From assembly GCA_040770465.1 (NCBI GenBank), contig JAXGJB010000026.1, forward strand, positions 1-39,225: a DNA stretch of 39,225 bases. The letters run 5' to 3'. Within the stretch, counting starts at the first letter, position 1. The number at the start of each line of letters is the position of its first letter. The notes beneath the pieces were generated by a model, which searched no databases, had not been told where the DNA came from, and worked only from the letters and a program-made list of their open reading frames with translations. Below are positions 30,797 to 39,225 of the stretch, one piece after another. The translations under genes were made by a program, and so were the position numbers. The DNA comes from Methanothrix sp. Its GTDB lineage: Archaea; Halobacteriota; Methanosarcinia; Methanotrichales; Methanotrichaceae.

Positions 30797-30936
30797 GGCC
30801 TTATCGAGCTTCTCCCGCCATAGCCTACTCCATCCTGCCTTTGCTTCTCCTCTTTCGTCTCCGCCTCCGGCAAAAGGTTCATAGCCTCCCAGGATTTTCT
30901 TCCTTTCCGAGAGAGAAGGATCGGCGTGGGATAACG

Positions 30937-31218
30937 ATGATTACAGGAGAAGATGTTGATCACATAAGCTGGCTAGCCAGCATAAAGGTCGCCGAGGGGG
31001 AGTTGGAGGGGTTCGTCGCCTCGTTCAACTCGGTTCTGGATTACTTCCATCAGCTCGACGAGCTCGACACCGAGGATGTGGAGCCGACCTACCGGGTGGT
31101 GGATCTCACCAACGTCTTCCGGGAGGACGAGGTCCGCGAGTCCATGTCTCAGGAAGAGTCGCTTTCAAATGCACCCCGGACTGAGAACGGCTACTTCAAG
31201 AGCCCCAGGATCGTGTGA
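30937..31218 (+). CDS. gatC: Asp-tRNA(Asn) amidotransferase subunit C
   Basis: [29 protein letters not shown]; directly upstream of gatA. Confidence 0.92.
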   Translation: MITGEDVDHISWLASIKVAEGELEGFVASFNSVLDYFHQLDELDTEDVEPTYRVVDLTNVFREDEVRESMSQEESLSNAPRTENGYFKSPRIV

Positions 31219-31223
31219 TCGCC

Positions 31224-32651
31224 ATGTTGAAAGATCTGAGGGGGAGGCTCGGGGCGGGAGCTTCGGCCGAGGAGATGGTGTCGGCCCTGCTTGAGAAGAT
31301 CAAAAATAGCAAGCTCAACGCCTACAACAACCTGTCCGAGGAGTCGGCCCTCGAACGGGCCCGGGAGTTTGATCGCTCGCCATGGACAGGGCTAATGGCT
31401 GGGGTCCCCATAGCGATAAAAAGTTGCATCTCGACGAGGGGTATCGAGACGAACTGCTCGTCGAGGATCCTCTCGGGATACGTACCACCCTACGACGCCC
31501 ACGTCATCGAGCGGCTGAAGGAGGAGGGGGCGATCATCGTCGGCAAGACGAACATGGACGAGTTCGCCATGGGGACATCAACGGAGAGCAGCTACTTCGG
31601 CCCGACGAGAAACCCATGGGATCTGGACCGAGTTCCCGGCGGCTCCTCCGGCGGCTCCGCCGCGGCCGTGGCAGCGGGCGAGGCGCCGTGCGCCCTCGGC
31701 TCCGACACCGGCGGGTCGATCCGGTGTCCAGCCTCCTTCTGCGGGATCGTCGGCCTCAAGCCCACCTACGGCCTCGTCTCGCGATACGGTCTCGTCAGCT
31801 ACGCCAACAGTCTGGAGCAGATCGGCCCCCTGACTCTGAGCGTCGAGGACGCGGCTCTGGTGATGGAGGTTATCGCGGGCCATGATCCGCGGGACTCGAC
31901 CTCCGTGAAGTCCGATGGCGGGTACCTATCGGGGCTCGACGGCGGCGTCAAAGGTCTGGTCTTGGGCGTTCCCAAAGAGTACTTCGGCGAGGGGGTAGAC
32001 CCACTGGTCGAAAAGTCGGTCTGGGACGCCATATCCAGGCTAGAGGAGCTGGGGGCGTCGTGGAAAGAAGTCAGCCTTCCCCACACCAAGTACGCCCTCG
32101 CAGCCTACTACATCATCGCCATGAGCGAGGCCTCCTCGAACCTGGCCCGGTTCGACGGCCTCCGTTACGGTTTGAGGTTTGGAACCGACCAGGACTGGCA
32201 TTCCACCTTCTCCGAGATCAGGGCCGCAGGCTTCGGCCCCGAGGTGAAACGGCGGATCCTTCTTGGGACCTACGCCCTATCGGCCGGCTACTACGGCAGG
32301 TACTACCTCAAGGCCCTCAAGGTGAGGACCCTGATCAAGCAGGACTTCGAGCGGGCCCTATCGGCTGGCGGCGCCGACGTCCTGGTTACCCCCACCATGC
32401 CCTTCCCCGCCTTCAAGATCGGAGAGAGGATCGAGGACCCCCTCTCTCTGTACATGGCCGACGTATTCACCGTCCCCATAAACCTGGCCGGGGTTCCGGC
32501 GATATCCGTTCCCTGCGGCTTTGCCGACGGGTTACCCATCGGCCTTCAGATCATAGGCCGCCACTTCGACGAGGTCTCCGTCCTCAGGGCTGCCAAGGCC
32601 TACGAGGACGCGACCCCGTACTCTGAGACCGTCCCGAAGGAGGTGGCGTGA
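31224..32651 (+). CDS. gatA: Asp-tRNA(Asn) amidotransferase subunit A
   Basis: [41 protein letters not shown]. Confidence 0.96.
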   Translation: MLKDLRGRLGAGASAEEMVSALLEKIKNSKLNAYNNLSEESALERAREFDRSPWTGLMAGVPIAIKSCISTRGIETNCSSRILSGYVPPYDAHVIERLKEEGAIIVGKTNMDEFAMGTSTESSYFGPTRNPWDLDRVPGGSSGGSAAAVAAGEAPCALGSDTGGSIRCPASFCGIVGLKPTYGLVSRYGLVSYANSLEQIGPLTLSVEDAALVMEVIAGHDPRDSTSVKSDGGYLSGLDGGVKGLVLGVPKEYFGEGVDPLVEKSVWDAISRLEELGASWKEVSLPHTKYALAAYYIIAMSEASSNLARFDGLRYGLRFGTDQDWHSTFSEIRAAGFGPEVKRRILLGTYALSAGYYGRYYLKALKVRTLIKQDFERALSAGGADVLVTPTMPFPAFKIGERIEDPLSLYMADVFTVPINLAGVPAISVPCGFADGLPIGLQIIGRHFDEVSVLRAAKAYEDATPYSETVPKEVA

Positions 32652-32652
32652 A

Positions 32653-34080
32653 ATGGCTGAAAAAGACGTAATCATCGGCCTTGAGGTCCACGTCCAGCTG
32701 AACAAGCTCAACTCAAAGCTCTTCTGCGGCTGCTCGACTGACTATCACGACTCTCCCCCCAACACCCACACCTGCCCCGTCTGTCTGGGGCTGCCGGGGA
32801 CCCTCCCGGTCTTGAACAGGAGGGCGGTGGAGTATGGCATCAGGGTCGCCCTCGCCCTCAACTGCGAGATCCAGGGGGAGACGCTCTTCTATCGGAAGAA
32901 CTACTACTACCCCGACCTCCCCAAGGCCTTCCAGATAACCCAGTACGACTTCCCCCTGGGGCTCGGAGGTCAGATTCTGATCAAGGGCGAGGACGGCGAG
33001 GAGAAGACTATCAGGATCACCAGGGTCCACATGGAAGAGGACCCCGGAAGGCTCGTCCACGCCGGGACGATCGACCGGGCGAAGTACTCGATGGTCGACT
33101 ACAACAGGTGCGGCATGGCACTCCTGGAGGTGGTGACCGAGCCGGACCTGCGGTCTCCCAAGGAGGCTAGATCCTTCCTCGACAAGCTCCGAAACATCCT
33201 CGAATACCTGGACGTCTTCGACGGCAATTTGGAAGGGGCCATGAGGATCGACTCGAACATATCCCTCGTCGGAGGCGAGAGGGCTGAGGTGAAGAACATA
33301 TCGAGCCACAAGGGGGTGGAGAAGGCCCTCGCCTACGAGATAACCAGGCAGAGGTCCGCCCGGAGGAGGGGGGTCGCCCAGGTCCAGGAGACCCGCCACT
33401 ACGACGAATTGAGGTGCATCACCGTCACCATCAGGACGAAGGAGGAGGCCCACGACTACCGCTACTTCCCCGAGCCAGACCTCGTCCCCATGAGGATCGC
33501 CGACTGGGTGCCGCGGGTCCAGGCGGAGCTTCCGGAGCTTCCCGACGCCAAGAGGGAGAGGTTCGTTTTGGAGTACGGCATAGCCGACGACCACGCAAAG
33601 TCCCTCACCTCCGAGATCAGGGTTGCAAACTTCTATGAGGATGTAGCAAAACGGGCGTCTCCGCGGCTCGCCGCCGTCTGGATAGCCGACGTCCTCAAGG
33701 GAGAGCTGAACTATCGGGACGTCTCCATCGACGGATTCAGCCCCGACCATATGGTGGATATCCTCGATCTGATCGAGAAGGGAAAGATTACGGAGAAGGG
33801 GGCGGTCGAGGTTATCCGGACCATCCTAGACGAAGGCGGGGATCCTGCTGCCGTCGTGGCGGCGAAGGGGCTCGCCAGGGCCGAGGACGACAAGGTTTTG
33901 GAGGCGGTCCGGGCCGCGGTGGAGGAGTGCGGCCAGGCGGTGGAAGACTATCGAGCCGGAAACGAGAAGGCGGTCAACTTCATCGTGGGGATGGTGATGA
34001 AGAAGACCCGGGGAAGGGCGGATCCGGGGGAGGCGAACCGGCTCGTCAAAGAGGCGCTGGACGGAATGGGTGGGGCTTAG
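32653..34080 (+). CDS. gatB: Asp-tRNA(Asn) amidotransferase subunit B
   Basis: IGLEVHVQL, RKNYYYPDLPK, YRYFPEPDL, G.VMKKTRGRADP. Confidence 0.96.
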   Translation: MAEKDVIIGLEVHVQLNKLNSKLFCGCSTDYHDSPPNTHTCPVCLGLPGTLPVLNRRAVEYGIRVALALNCEIQGETLFYRKNYYYPDLPKAFQITQYDFPLGLGGQILIKGEDGEEKTIRITRVHMEEDPGRLVHAGTIDRAKYSMVDYNRCGMALLEVVTEPDLRSPKEARSFLDKLRNILEYLDVFDGNLEGAMRIDSNISLVGGERAEVKNISSHKGVEKALAYEITRQRSARRRGVAQVQETRHYDELRCITVTIRTKEEAHDYRYFPEPDLVPMRIADWVPRVQAELPELPDAKRERFVLEYGIADDHAKSLTSEIRVANFYEDVAKRASPRLAAVWIADVLKGELNYRDVSIDGFSPDHMVDILDLIEKGKITEKGAVEVIRTILDEGGDPAAVVAAKGLARAEDDKVLEAVRAAVEECGQAVEDYRAGNEKAVNFIVGMVMKKTRGRADPGEANRLVKEALDGMGGA

Positions 34081-34153
34081 GAGAGCCGCTCCAGCCCCCA
34101 CCTACTTTAATCTTCTTTGTTTATCATCTTCCTATTCTTCTCTCCGTTCGGGC

Positions 34154-35257
34154 TCAGTCCTCCGGGCCGCAGTGGATCGCCCAGAGCCATCCACCCTGTC
34201 CCTGGGCGAAGATCCATATCTCTCCCAACCCACAGGAGACTGCCGCCGGCTGGCCCGAGATGGAGCCCTTGAGGTTCTCGCCGTCCGACCACCAGCCATC
34301 TCCGTCCTCCTCGAGGTGAATCAGCTCACCATCCAGAACCCCGAATAGGTGGACTATCCCGTCTTCGACGACCGTCGCCGGGGCCGAGTCGAACTCCTGG
34401 TCGATCGTCTCCATGGATATATTGCCAGTTTCCGGATCCATGGAAGCGTGGCCGACGTCGCCATCTGCACGGAGAGCGAAGATGTGGATCAGCTCGCCGT
34501 CAAAGGCCGCCGCCGGCGGCGATGAAAGGGTGACTCCGAGGCTCTCCCACCCACTCCAGGACGGTTCCTCCCCCGACCCAGCAGCGGGTAGCGCGGCGGA
34601 GTTCCAGACGAGACCGTCCGAGCCGTCCAGGGCGAAGAGGTGGATCTCGCCGGAGGCGAGGACCGCCGCAGGTCGCGAGCCTATCTCCCCTTCCATCTCG
34701 GTCCAGTCCTCGGTCTTGTCGCAGGCGACTCCTCCGTCGCATCCCCAGCACCTCTTGTGGAGGCAGTGGTTTGTGGGGCCCCAGGTGAAGAGGTGGTAGT
34801 CGCCGTCCTGGGTCCCTGTCGATACCGCGGCAAGCTCATACTTTCTGAAGTGAACTCCGCCGAGGTTCTTGTTGTAGGGGGGCGGGCCGAAGACCTTCGT
34901 CCAGTCGGACCAGGTCTCCAGGTCCTGGAGGCGGATGTGCCATAGATCGTTCTCGTTTCCTCCCGAGAGGATGTCTATGATCCCATCTTCCGGGGAGACG
35001 GCCACAGGTTCCGTCGTCAGCCTCACTCCCTTTACGGAGATCCAGTTGGACCATCCAGTCTCGGTCCTGTACTGGACCATCCTCACCGAGGGCAAAAGTC
35101 CCTGAGGTTCGGTGGAAGTCCCGATGACCACCACCGGCTCCGACGTCTCGTTGCCGGGGGTGGCCCGGTCGAATTCCGCCAGCTGACCCAAAGCAAGGCC
35201 TGCCAGGAGGAGCGCCACCAGGATGGCGCACGCGTAGATCTCTGCCCTCGAAGTCAT
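34154..35257 (-). CDS. Secreted beta-propeller repeat protein (PLL/fucose-lectin-like repeats)
   Basis: Signal peptide after ATG 35257; repeated P[AV]A[VA]....IH[LI]F[AG].....L.H....W..W units. Confidence 0.65.
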   Translation of the reverse strand: MTSRAEIYACAILVALLLAGLALGQLAEFDRATPGNETSEPVVVIGTSTEPQGLLPSVRMVQYRTETGWSNWISVKGVRLTTEPVAVSPEDGIIDILSGGNENDLWHIRLQDLETWSDWTKVFGPPPYNKNLGGVHFRKYELAAVSTGTQDGDYHLFTWGPTNHCLHKRCWGCDGGVACDKTEDWTEMEGEIGSRPAAVLASGEIHLFALDGSDGLVWNSAALPAAGSGEEPSWSGWESLGVTLSSPPAAAFDGELIHIFALRADGDVGHASMDPETGNISMETIDQEFDSAPATVVEDGIVHLFGVLDGELIHLEEDGDGWWSDGENLKGSISGQPAAVSCGLGEIWIFAQGQGGWLWAIHCGPED

Positions 35258-35492
35258 TCTGCCTCCAGGGCGGACTTTGTCATTATCGTATATCCGATTT
35301 CCGAAGGTCTTGAGGGTATGCTGGCTTGCTGGATGATACGGTCCTCCCTCCGTCAAGGGCGGTCTGTCGCGGCAGCTCTGGCCTTCTCTCTGCCCTCTAC
35401 CACCACGGCGAAGCAAGAGCCAACAATCATTTCTGAGGCGATCGATTGATATTTATCGTACAAGAGAGTGAGAGATCTCTGGTTGATGGCCT

Positions 35493-36797
35493 ATGTTTGA
35501 CTACTGGAATCCGCACATCGAGCGCATGCCCATCGAGGACCTTCGCAAGCTCCAGGAGGAGCGGCTCAAGGCGATGGTCCACTACGTCTACGATCATTCT
35601 CCCTTCTACAAGGAGAGGTTCAGGAAGGCCGGGGTGGCTCCCTCGGACATAAAGGTGCTATCCGACCTGACCAGGCTACCCTTCACCTACAAGGTCGATC
35701 TCCGGAACACCTACCCCACCGGCATGTTCAGCCTGCCGAGAAACAGGATTGTGCGCTACCACGTCTCCAGCGGCACCACAGGAAAGCCCACCGTCGTCGG
35801 CTACACCAACGACGACATCGAGATGTGGTCGGATTCCCTGGCCCGAGCCCTAACATCCATAGGTCTAGGCCGCGGGGACGTCATCCAGGTCGGGTACGGA
35901 TACGGCCTCTTCACCGGCGGCCTCGGCCTCCACTACGGGGCGGAGAAGATCGGGGCGACGGTTCTTCCCACCGGGACGGGGAACACCGAGCGGCAGATCA
36001 TGCTGATGCAGGATCTCGGCAGCACCGCCATCGCCTGCACACCGTCCTACTTCCTCCACATCGCGGAGGTGGCGGAGAAGATGGGGGTCTCCATCCGGGA
36101 CGACACGAGCCTCAAGGTGGGGGTCTTCGGCGCCGAGCCCTGGTCTGACGAGACGAGGCGGCGGATCGAGGAGTCGACGGGGATCAAGGCCTACGACATC
36201 TTCGGGACGAGCGAGATGAGCGGACCCCTCTTCACCGAGTGCCAGGAGCAGAACGGGATTCACGTCTGGTCCGACATGTTCCTCATCGAGGTGATCGACC
36301 CTAAGACCGGCGAGCAGCTTCCCGACGGCGAGACGGGGGAGCTGGTCATAACCACCCTCAGCAAGTGGGCGATCCCCCTCATCCGGTATCGGATCGGCGA
36401 TCTGACGGTGATCAACACCGAGCCCTGCGCCTGCGGCCGGACCCACCCGAGGCTGATGAGAATCCTCGGCCGTACCGACGACATGATCGTGATCCGGGGC
36501 ATAAACGTATTCCCGAGCCAGGTGGAGTCGGTCCTGATGACGATCCCCGAGGTCGGCGACCACTACCAGATCATCGTCGACCGGAAGGGGCCCCTGGACA
36601 TCATGAAGGTGATGGTGGAGGTGACCGAGACCGGCTTCAGCGACAAGATCTCCGACCTGATGTCTCTATCCAAGAGGATCTCCAAGGAGCTGAAGGGCGT
36701 CCTCAACGTCGTCGCCGACGTGGAGCTTGTGGAGCCGGGGACGATCCCGCGGTCTGAGGGGAAGGCCGTGAGGGTGATCGACAAGAGGAAGGTCTGA
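35493..36797 (+). CDS. paaK: Phenylacetate--CoA ligase family protein
   Basis: HVSSGTTGKP, YGLFTGGLG, GAEPW, FGTSE, IRYRIGD, GRTDDM..IRGINVFP. Confidence 0.9.
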   Translation: MFDYWNPHIERMPIEDLRKLQEERLKAMVHYVYDHSPFYKERFRKAGVAPSDIKVLSDLTRLPFTYKVDLRNTYPTGMFSLPRNRIVRYHVSSGTTGKPTVVGYTNDDIEMWSDSLARALTSIGLGRGDVIQVGYGYGLFTGGLGLHYGAEKIGATVLPTGTGNTERQIMLMQDLGSTAIACTPSYFLHIAEVAEKMGVSIRDDTSLKVGVFGAEPWSDETRRRIEESTGIKAYDIFGTSEMSGPLFTECQEQNGIHVWSDMFLIEVIDPKTGEQLPDGETGELVITTLSKWAIPLIRYRIGDLTVINTEPCACGRTHPRLMRILGRTDDMIVIRGINVFPSQVESVLMTIPEVGDHYQIIVDRKGPLDIMKVMVEVTETGFSDKISDLMSLSKRISKELKGVLNVVADVELVEPGTIPRSEGKAVRVIDKRKV

Positions 36798-36914
36798 AGG
36801 ACGGCGGGAAGAAGACCGGAAGATGACAAAAAACGAAGGCGACAGGAAAAGATGCGAAGCGAGAGCAGAAGGCGATAAAGGACGGAAAAGGACTGAAAAA
36901 AGGAGGTGCGAAAA

Positions 36915-37349
36915 ATGGTGGCAATTAAGCAGATATCACTCTTCGTTGAGAACAAGCCCGGCAGGATGGCCAAGGTCTCAAAGACCTTATCGGACGCCGG
37001 AGTCAACATCAGGGCCCTCACCGTCGCCGAGGCGGGGGACTTCGGGGTCATTCGGATGGTCGTCGACGATCCCGCGAAGGGGTACCAGGTCCTCCACGAC
37101 GGCGGCTTCACCGTCTCCGAGACGGAGGTTCTGGCCGTCGAGATGAAGGACATCCCCGGCGGGCTATACGAGATCGTGAACACCCTGGGCGAGAACGACG
37201 TCAACGTCGACTACGCCTACGCCTTCGTCACCACGAAGGCCGAGCGGGCGCTATTGATCATCCGGGTCGACAACCTGGAGAAGGCGAGGAAGGTCCTCAC
37301 CGGCGCCGGGATCAAGCTGGCGACGAAGGACGAGATACAGAAGATCTGA
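36915..37349 (+). CDS. Tandem ACT domain protein
   Basis: IKQISLFVENKPGR, VNIRAL..AE..DFG..R, NVDYAY; AGGAGGTG RBS. Confidence 0.9.
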   Translation: MVAIKQISLFVENKPGRMAKVSKTLSDAGVNIRALTVAEAGDFGVIRMVVDDPAKGYQVLHDGGFTVSETEVLAVEMKDIPGGLYEIVNTLGENDVNVDYAYAFVTTKAERALLIIRVDNLEKARKVLTGAGIKLATKDEIQKI

Positions 37350-37504
37350 GGGCAAGGCGGATTATGTGTACCAGGCGGTGTAATGTCACGGTCTGGTACC
37401 CATTATTATGCCAGTTTTAATAAGGGGGTTTAAAAATTAATTATACTAAATTTCTAAAAGGGTATCAGGATGATTTATTAATACTGCATTATGCTTCATC
37501 CAAT

Positions 37505-38086
37505 ATGAACATCTCACCAGTACAAATTTGTTGTATTTCTATTCAATCTTTTAAATCAAAGCAAACAACAACTTTTTCTTTAGTTAATTGTCCGAATGAA
37601 AAAGAATTACTTGCCACTTTTTTAGTTTTTGCTAAAAATAATAGTGGGAGAATATATATTGGGTGGAATATATCCGATTCCACCTACGGGATACAAGCGA
37701 TTCAAAATCGTATTTATCAGCTTATCGGAGATGTAAATCTGGGAATATGCGAATGCTCGATATACGATTTAGATAGTATATTAGAATGGAAATTTGGACA
37801 TGACTATGTATCGCACCCAAAACTATATCGTTTGGCATCCCTGAATGGCATAACTACAAATAACTATATTGAAGGCTCAAAAGAACAGGAATTATTTGAA
37901 AACTCAGATTACAAGTCTATAGAACTATCTACCAATCGTAAGGTTAGAATGATTTCGAATATCTCCGACTTATTCATAACCAATAAGCTAAAAGTTGAGA
38001 GGGTGTCAACAATTTCGCGAATAAAAGATTTCCTTTACAATCCAGGCCTCCAAACGTTAGTCGGTCTTCTGGGATTACTCCGATGA
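37505..38086 (+). CDS. Low-GC hypothetical protein, possibly an RNase H-like (DEDD/PolB-exonuclease) fold; true start probably further upstream
   Basis: EKELL..F, YIGWN....YG, YDL, HPKL..LA.LN. The frame stays open upstream to at least ~37430. Confidence 0.55.
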   Translation: MNISPVQICCISIQSFKSKQTTTFSLVNCPNEKELLATFLVFAKNNSGRIYIGWNISDSTYGIQAIQNRIYQLIGDVNLGICECSIYDLDSILEWKFGHDYVSHPKLYRLASLNGITTNNYIEGSKEQELFENSDYKSIELSTNRKVRMISNISDLFITNKLKVERVSTISRIKDFLYNPGLQTLVGLLGLLR

Positions 38087-38119
38087 TTTGGATTAATATT
38101 TGTGTAATTAAAGAATATT

Positions 38120-38308
38120 ATGTGCCTACACATAATCATCGAAATAGACGAGGACGGCTACTATATAGCAAGCTGCCCCCAATTCAAGGGCTGTCATTCC
38201 TACGGCGAGTCTATTGACGAGGCTCTGGAGAACGTAAGGGAGGTAGTTGAGATGTGCCTGGAGGAGGCAGACGCCGGGCACAGCGAAACCCACAGTCGAT
38301 TCGAATAA
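38120..38308 (+). CDS. HicB-family antitoxin (short, no adjacent hicA)
   Basis: IEIDEDGYYIASCPQFKGCHSYGESIDEALENVREVVEMCL. Confidence 0.85.
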   Translation: MCLHIIIEIDEDGYYIASCPQFKGCHSYGESIDEALENVREVVEMCLEEADAGHSETHSRFE

Positions 38309-38379
38309 CTGAAAGATGGCGTCTTGTCTCCGATCACTTTGCAGCTGCCCCAAATTTTCTGCGCCGCTGGCCTATATAT

Positions 38380-39225
38380 CCCACATTCCGCGTTTTGAAA
38401 TTAGAAGTCTTGAATTTCTCTCTGTAAATATCCACAACATTTTTTAATAATAGCATCCAAGGCACCTCGAGGGTAAGTAGCATGGATGTGGACGTCCAAT
38501 CATACCTAATAGGCCACCTTGGTCTAGCTGCAGGCATTTTCGATTCGTTGAAGATCGCAGAAGTTATTGATCGGGCTCTTCCCAAGAAGAGTTCCCGAAA
38601 TCTTCCCCGTTCGGTTGTGATAAAAGCCATGATCCTCAACGGTTTGGGCTTCACAGGTCAAAGGTTATACCTATTTCCCAACTTTTTTATGACTATTCCT
38701 ACCGAGAAGCTGCTCGGTGAGGGAATAACTCCTGCCGATTTGAATGATGATATGGTAGGCAGAACACTTGATGCAATTTACAAATATGGCACCACAGAGC
38801 TGTTCAATGAGATTACATTGCAGATTATGAAACAATTTTCTTTGGGGACTCAGCTGATACATGTTGATACTACGAACTTCAGCGTTTATGGAAAATATGA
38901 AGGCGATGCACCAGACGGTACAGATTCGATCGAAATTGCGTTTGGTCATGCAAAAGACGGCAGAACAGATCTGAAGCGTTTCGTCCTCGGTTTGGTTACG
39001 AATCAGCATGGATTGCCTCTTTTTACTAAAGCCTACTCTGGAAACGCGTCCGACAAGAAAAGCATCATGGAGATGATCCAAAAGACGCAACAAGCGATCA
39101 AATTCGATGATGATTGTTACTGGATCGCGGATAGCGCTCTGTACACGGAAGAGAACATCAGGCTCCTTGGAACTGAAACCAAATGGATCACTCATGTTCC
39201 AGCTACGGTAGGGGAAGCCAAGAGA
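38380..39225 (+). mobile_element. IS1634-family insertion sequence, left end; truncated by the window edge
   Basis: Putative terminal IR CCCACATTCCGC at 38380, ~100 bp upstream of the transposase. Confidence 0.85.
38482..39225 (+). CDS. IS1634-family DDE transposase (3'-truncated; absent from the supplied ORF track)
   Basis: MDVDVQSYLIGHLGLAAG, KAMILNGLGF..QRLYLFP.FF, LNDD..GRTLD, HVDTTNFSVYG, FGHAKDGR.DLK, SGNASDK, IADSALY. Confidence 0.92.
   Translation, partial: MDVDVQSYLIGHLGLAAGIFDSLKIAEVIDRALPKKSSRNLPRSVVIKAMILNGLGFTGQRLYLFPNFFMTIPTEKLLGEGITPADLNDDMVGRTLDAIYKYGTTELFNEITLQIMKQFSLGTQLIHVDTTNFSVYGKYEGDAPDGTDSIEIAFGHAKDGRTDLKRFVLGLVTNQHGLPLFTKAYSGNASDKKSIMEMIQKTQQAIKFDDDCYWIADSALYTEENIRLLGTETKWITHVPATVGEAKR

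Noticed and set aside
38334-39195. Minus-strand ORFs 38334-38654 and 38671-39195
   Set aside because: They are antisense to the IS1634 transposase, which the ORF track missed because it runs off the window.

Overview
High-GC archaeal chromosomal window. Gene content (methanogenesis marker-8 protein, archaeal riboflavin synthase, Nre, aEF-2/aEF-1alpha, archaeal SRP RNA) points to a methanogen, most likely a Methanothrix/Methanocrinis harundinacea-like organism; this taxonomy is inferred, not searched. The backbone is housekeeping: pyrH, nre, hsp20, SRP RNA, msrB, ribC, nrdJ, cooC, purM, aspartate kinase, fusA-tuf-rpsJ-tRNA-Arg(CCG), gatCAB, a paaK-like ligase and an ACT protein. Accessory inserts are an NB-ARC/TPR NLR-like gene cut by the left edge, a low-GC vWA surface-protein islet, HicB remnants and an IS1634-family element cut by the right edge. 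The strongest candidate for a novel system is a two-gene islet at 14689-17676. It pairs a small Bell/HeLL-like helical protein, ending in three copies of an amyloid-like beta motif, with an effector-less NACHT-WD40 receptor. The receptor carries one matching motif inside its NACHT domain, between Walker A and Walker B, rather than at the N-terminus. This suggests prion-like signalling in an archaeal immune or cell-death module. Positions ~1950-4420 contain three heavily frameshifted genes plus the damaged 5' end of nre, which is probably a sequencing or assembly artefact.
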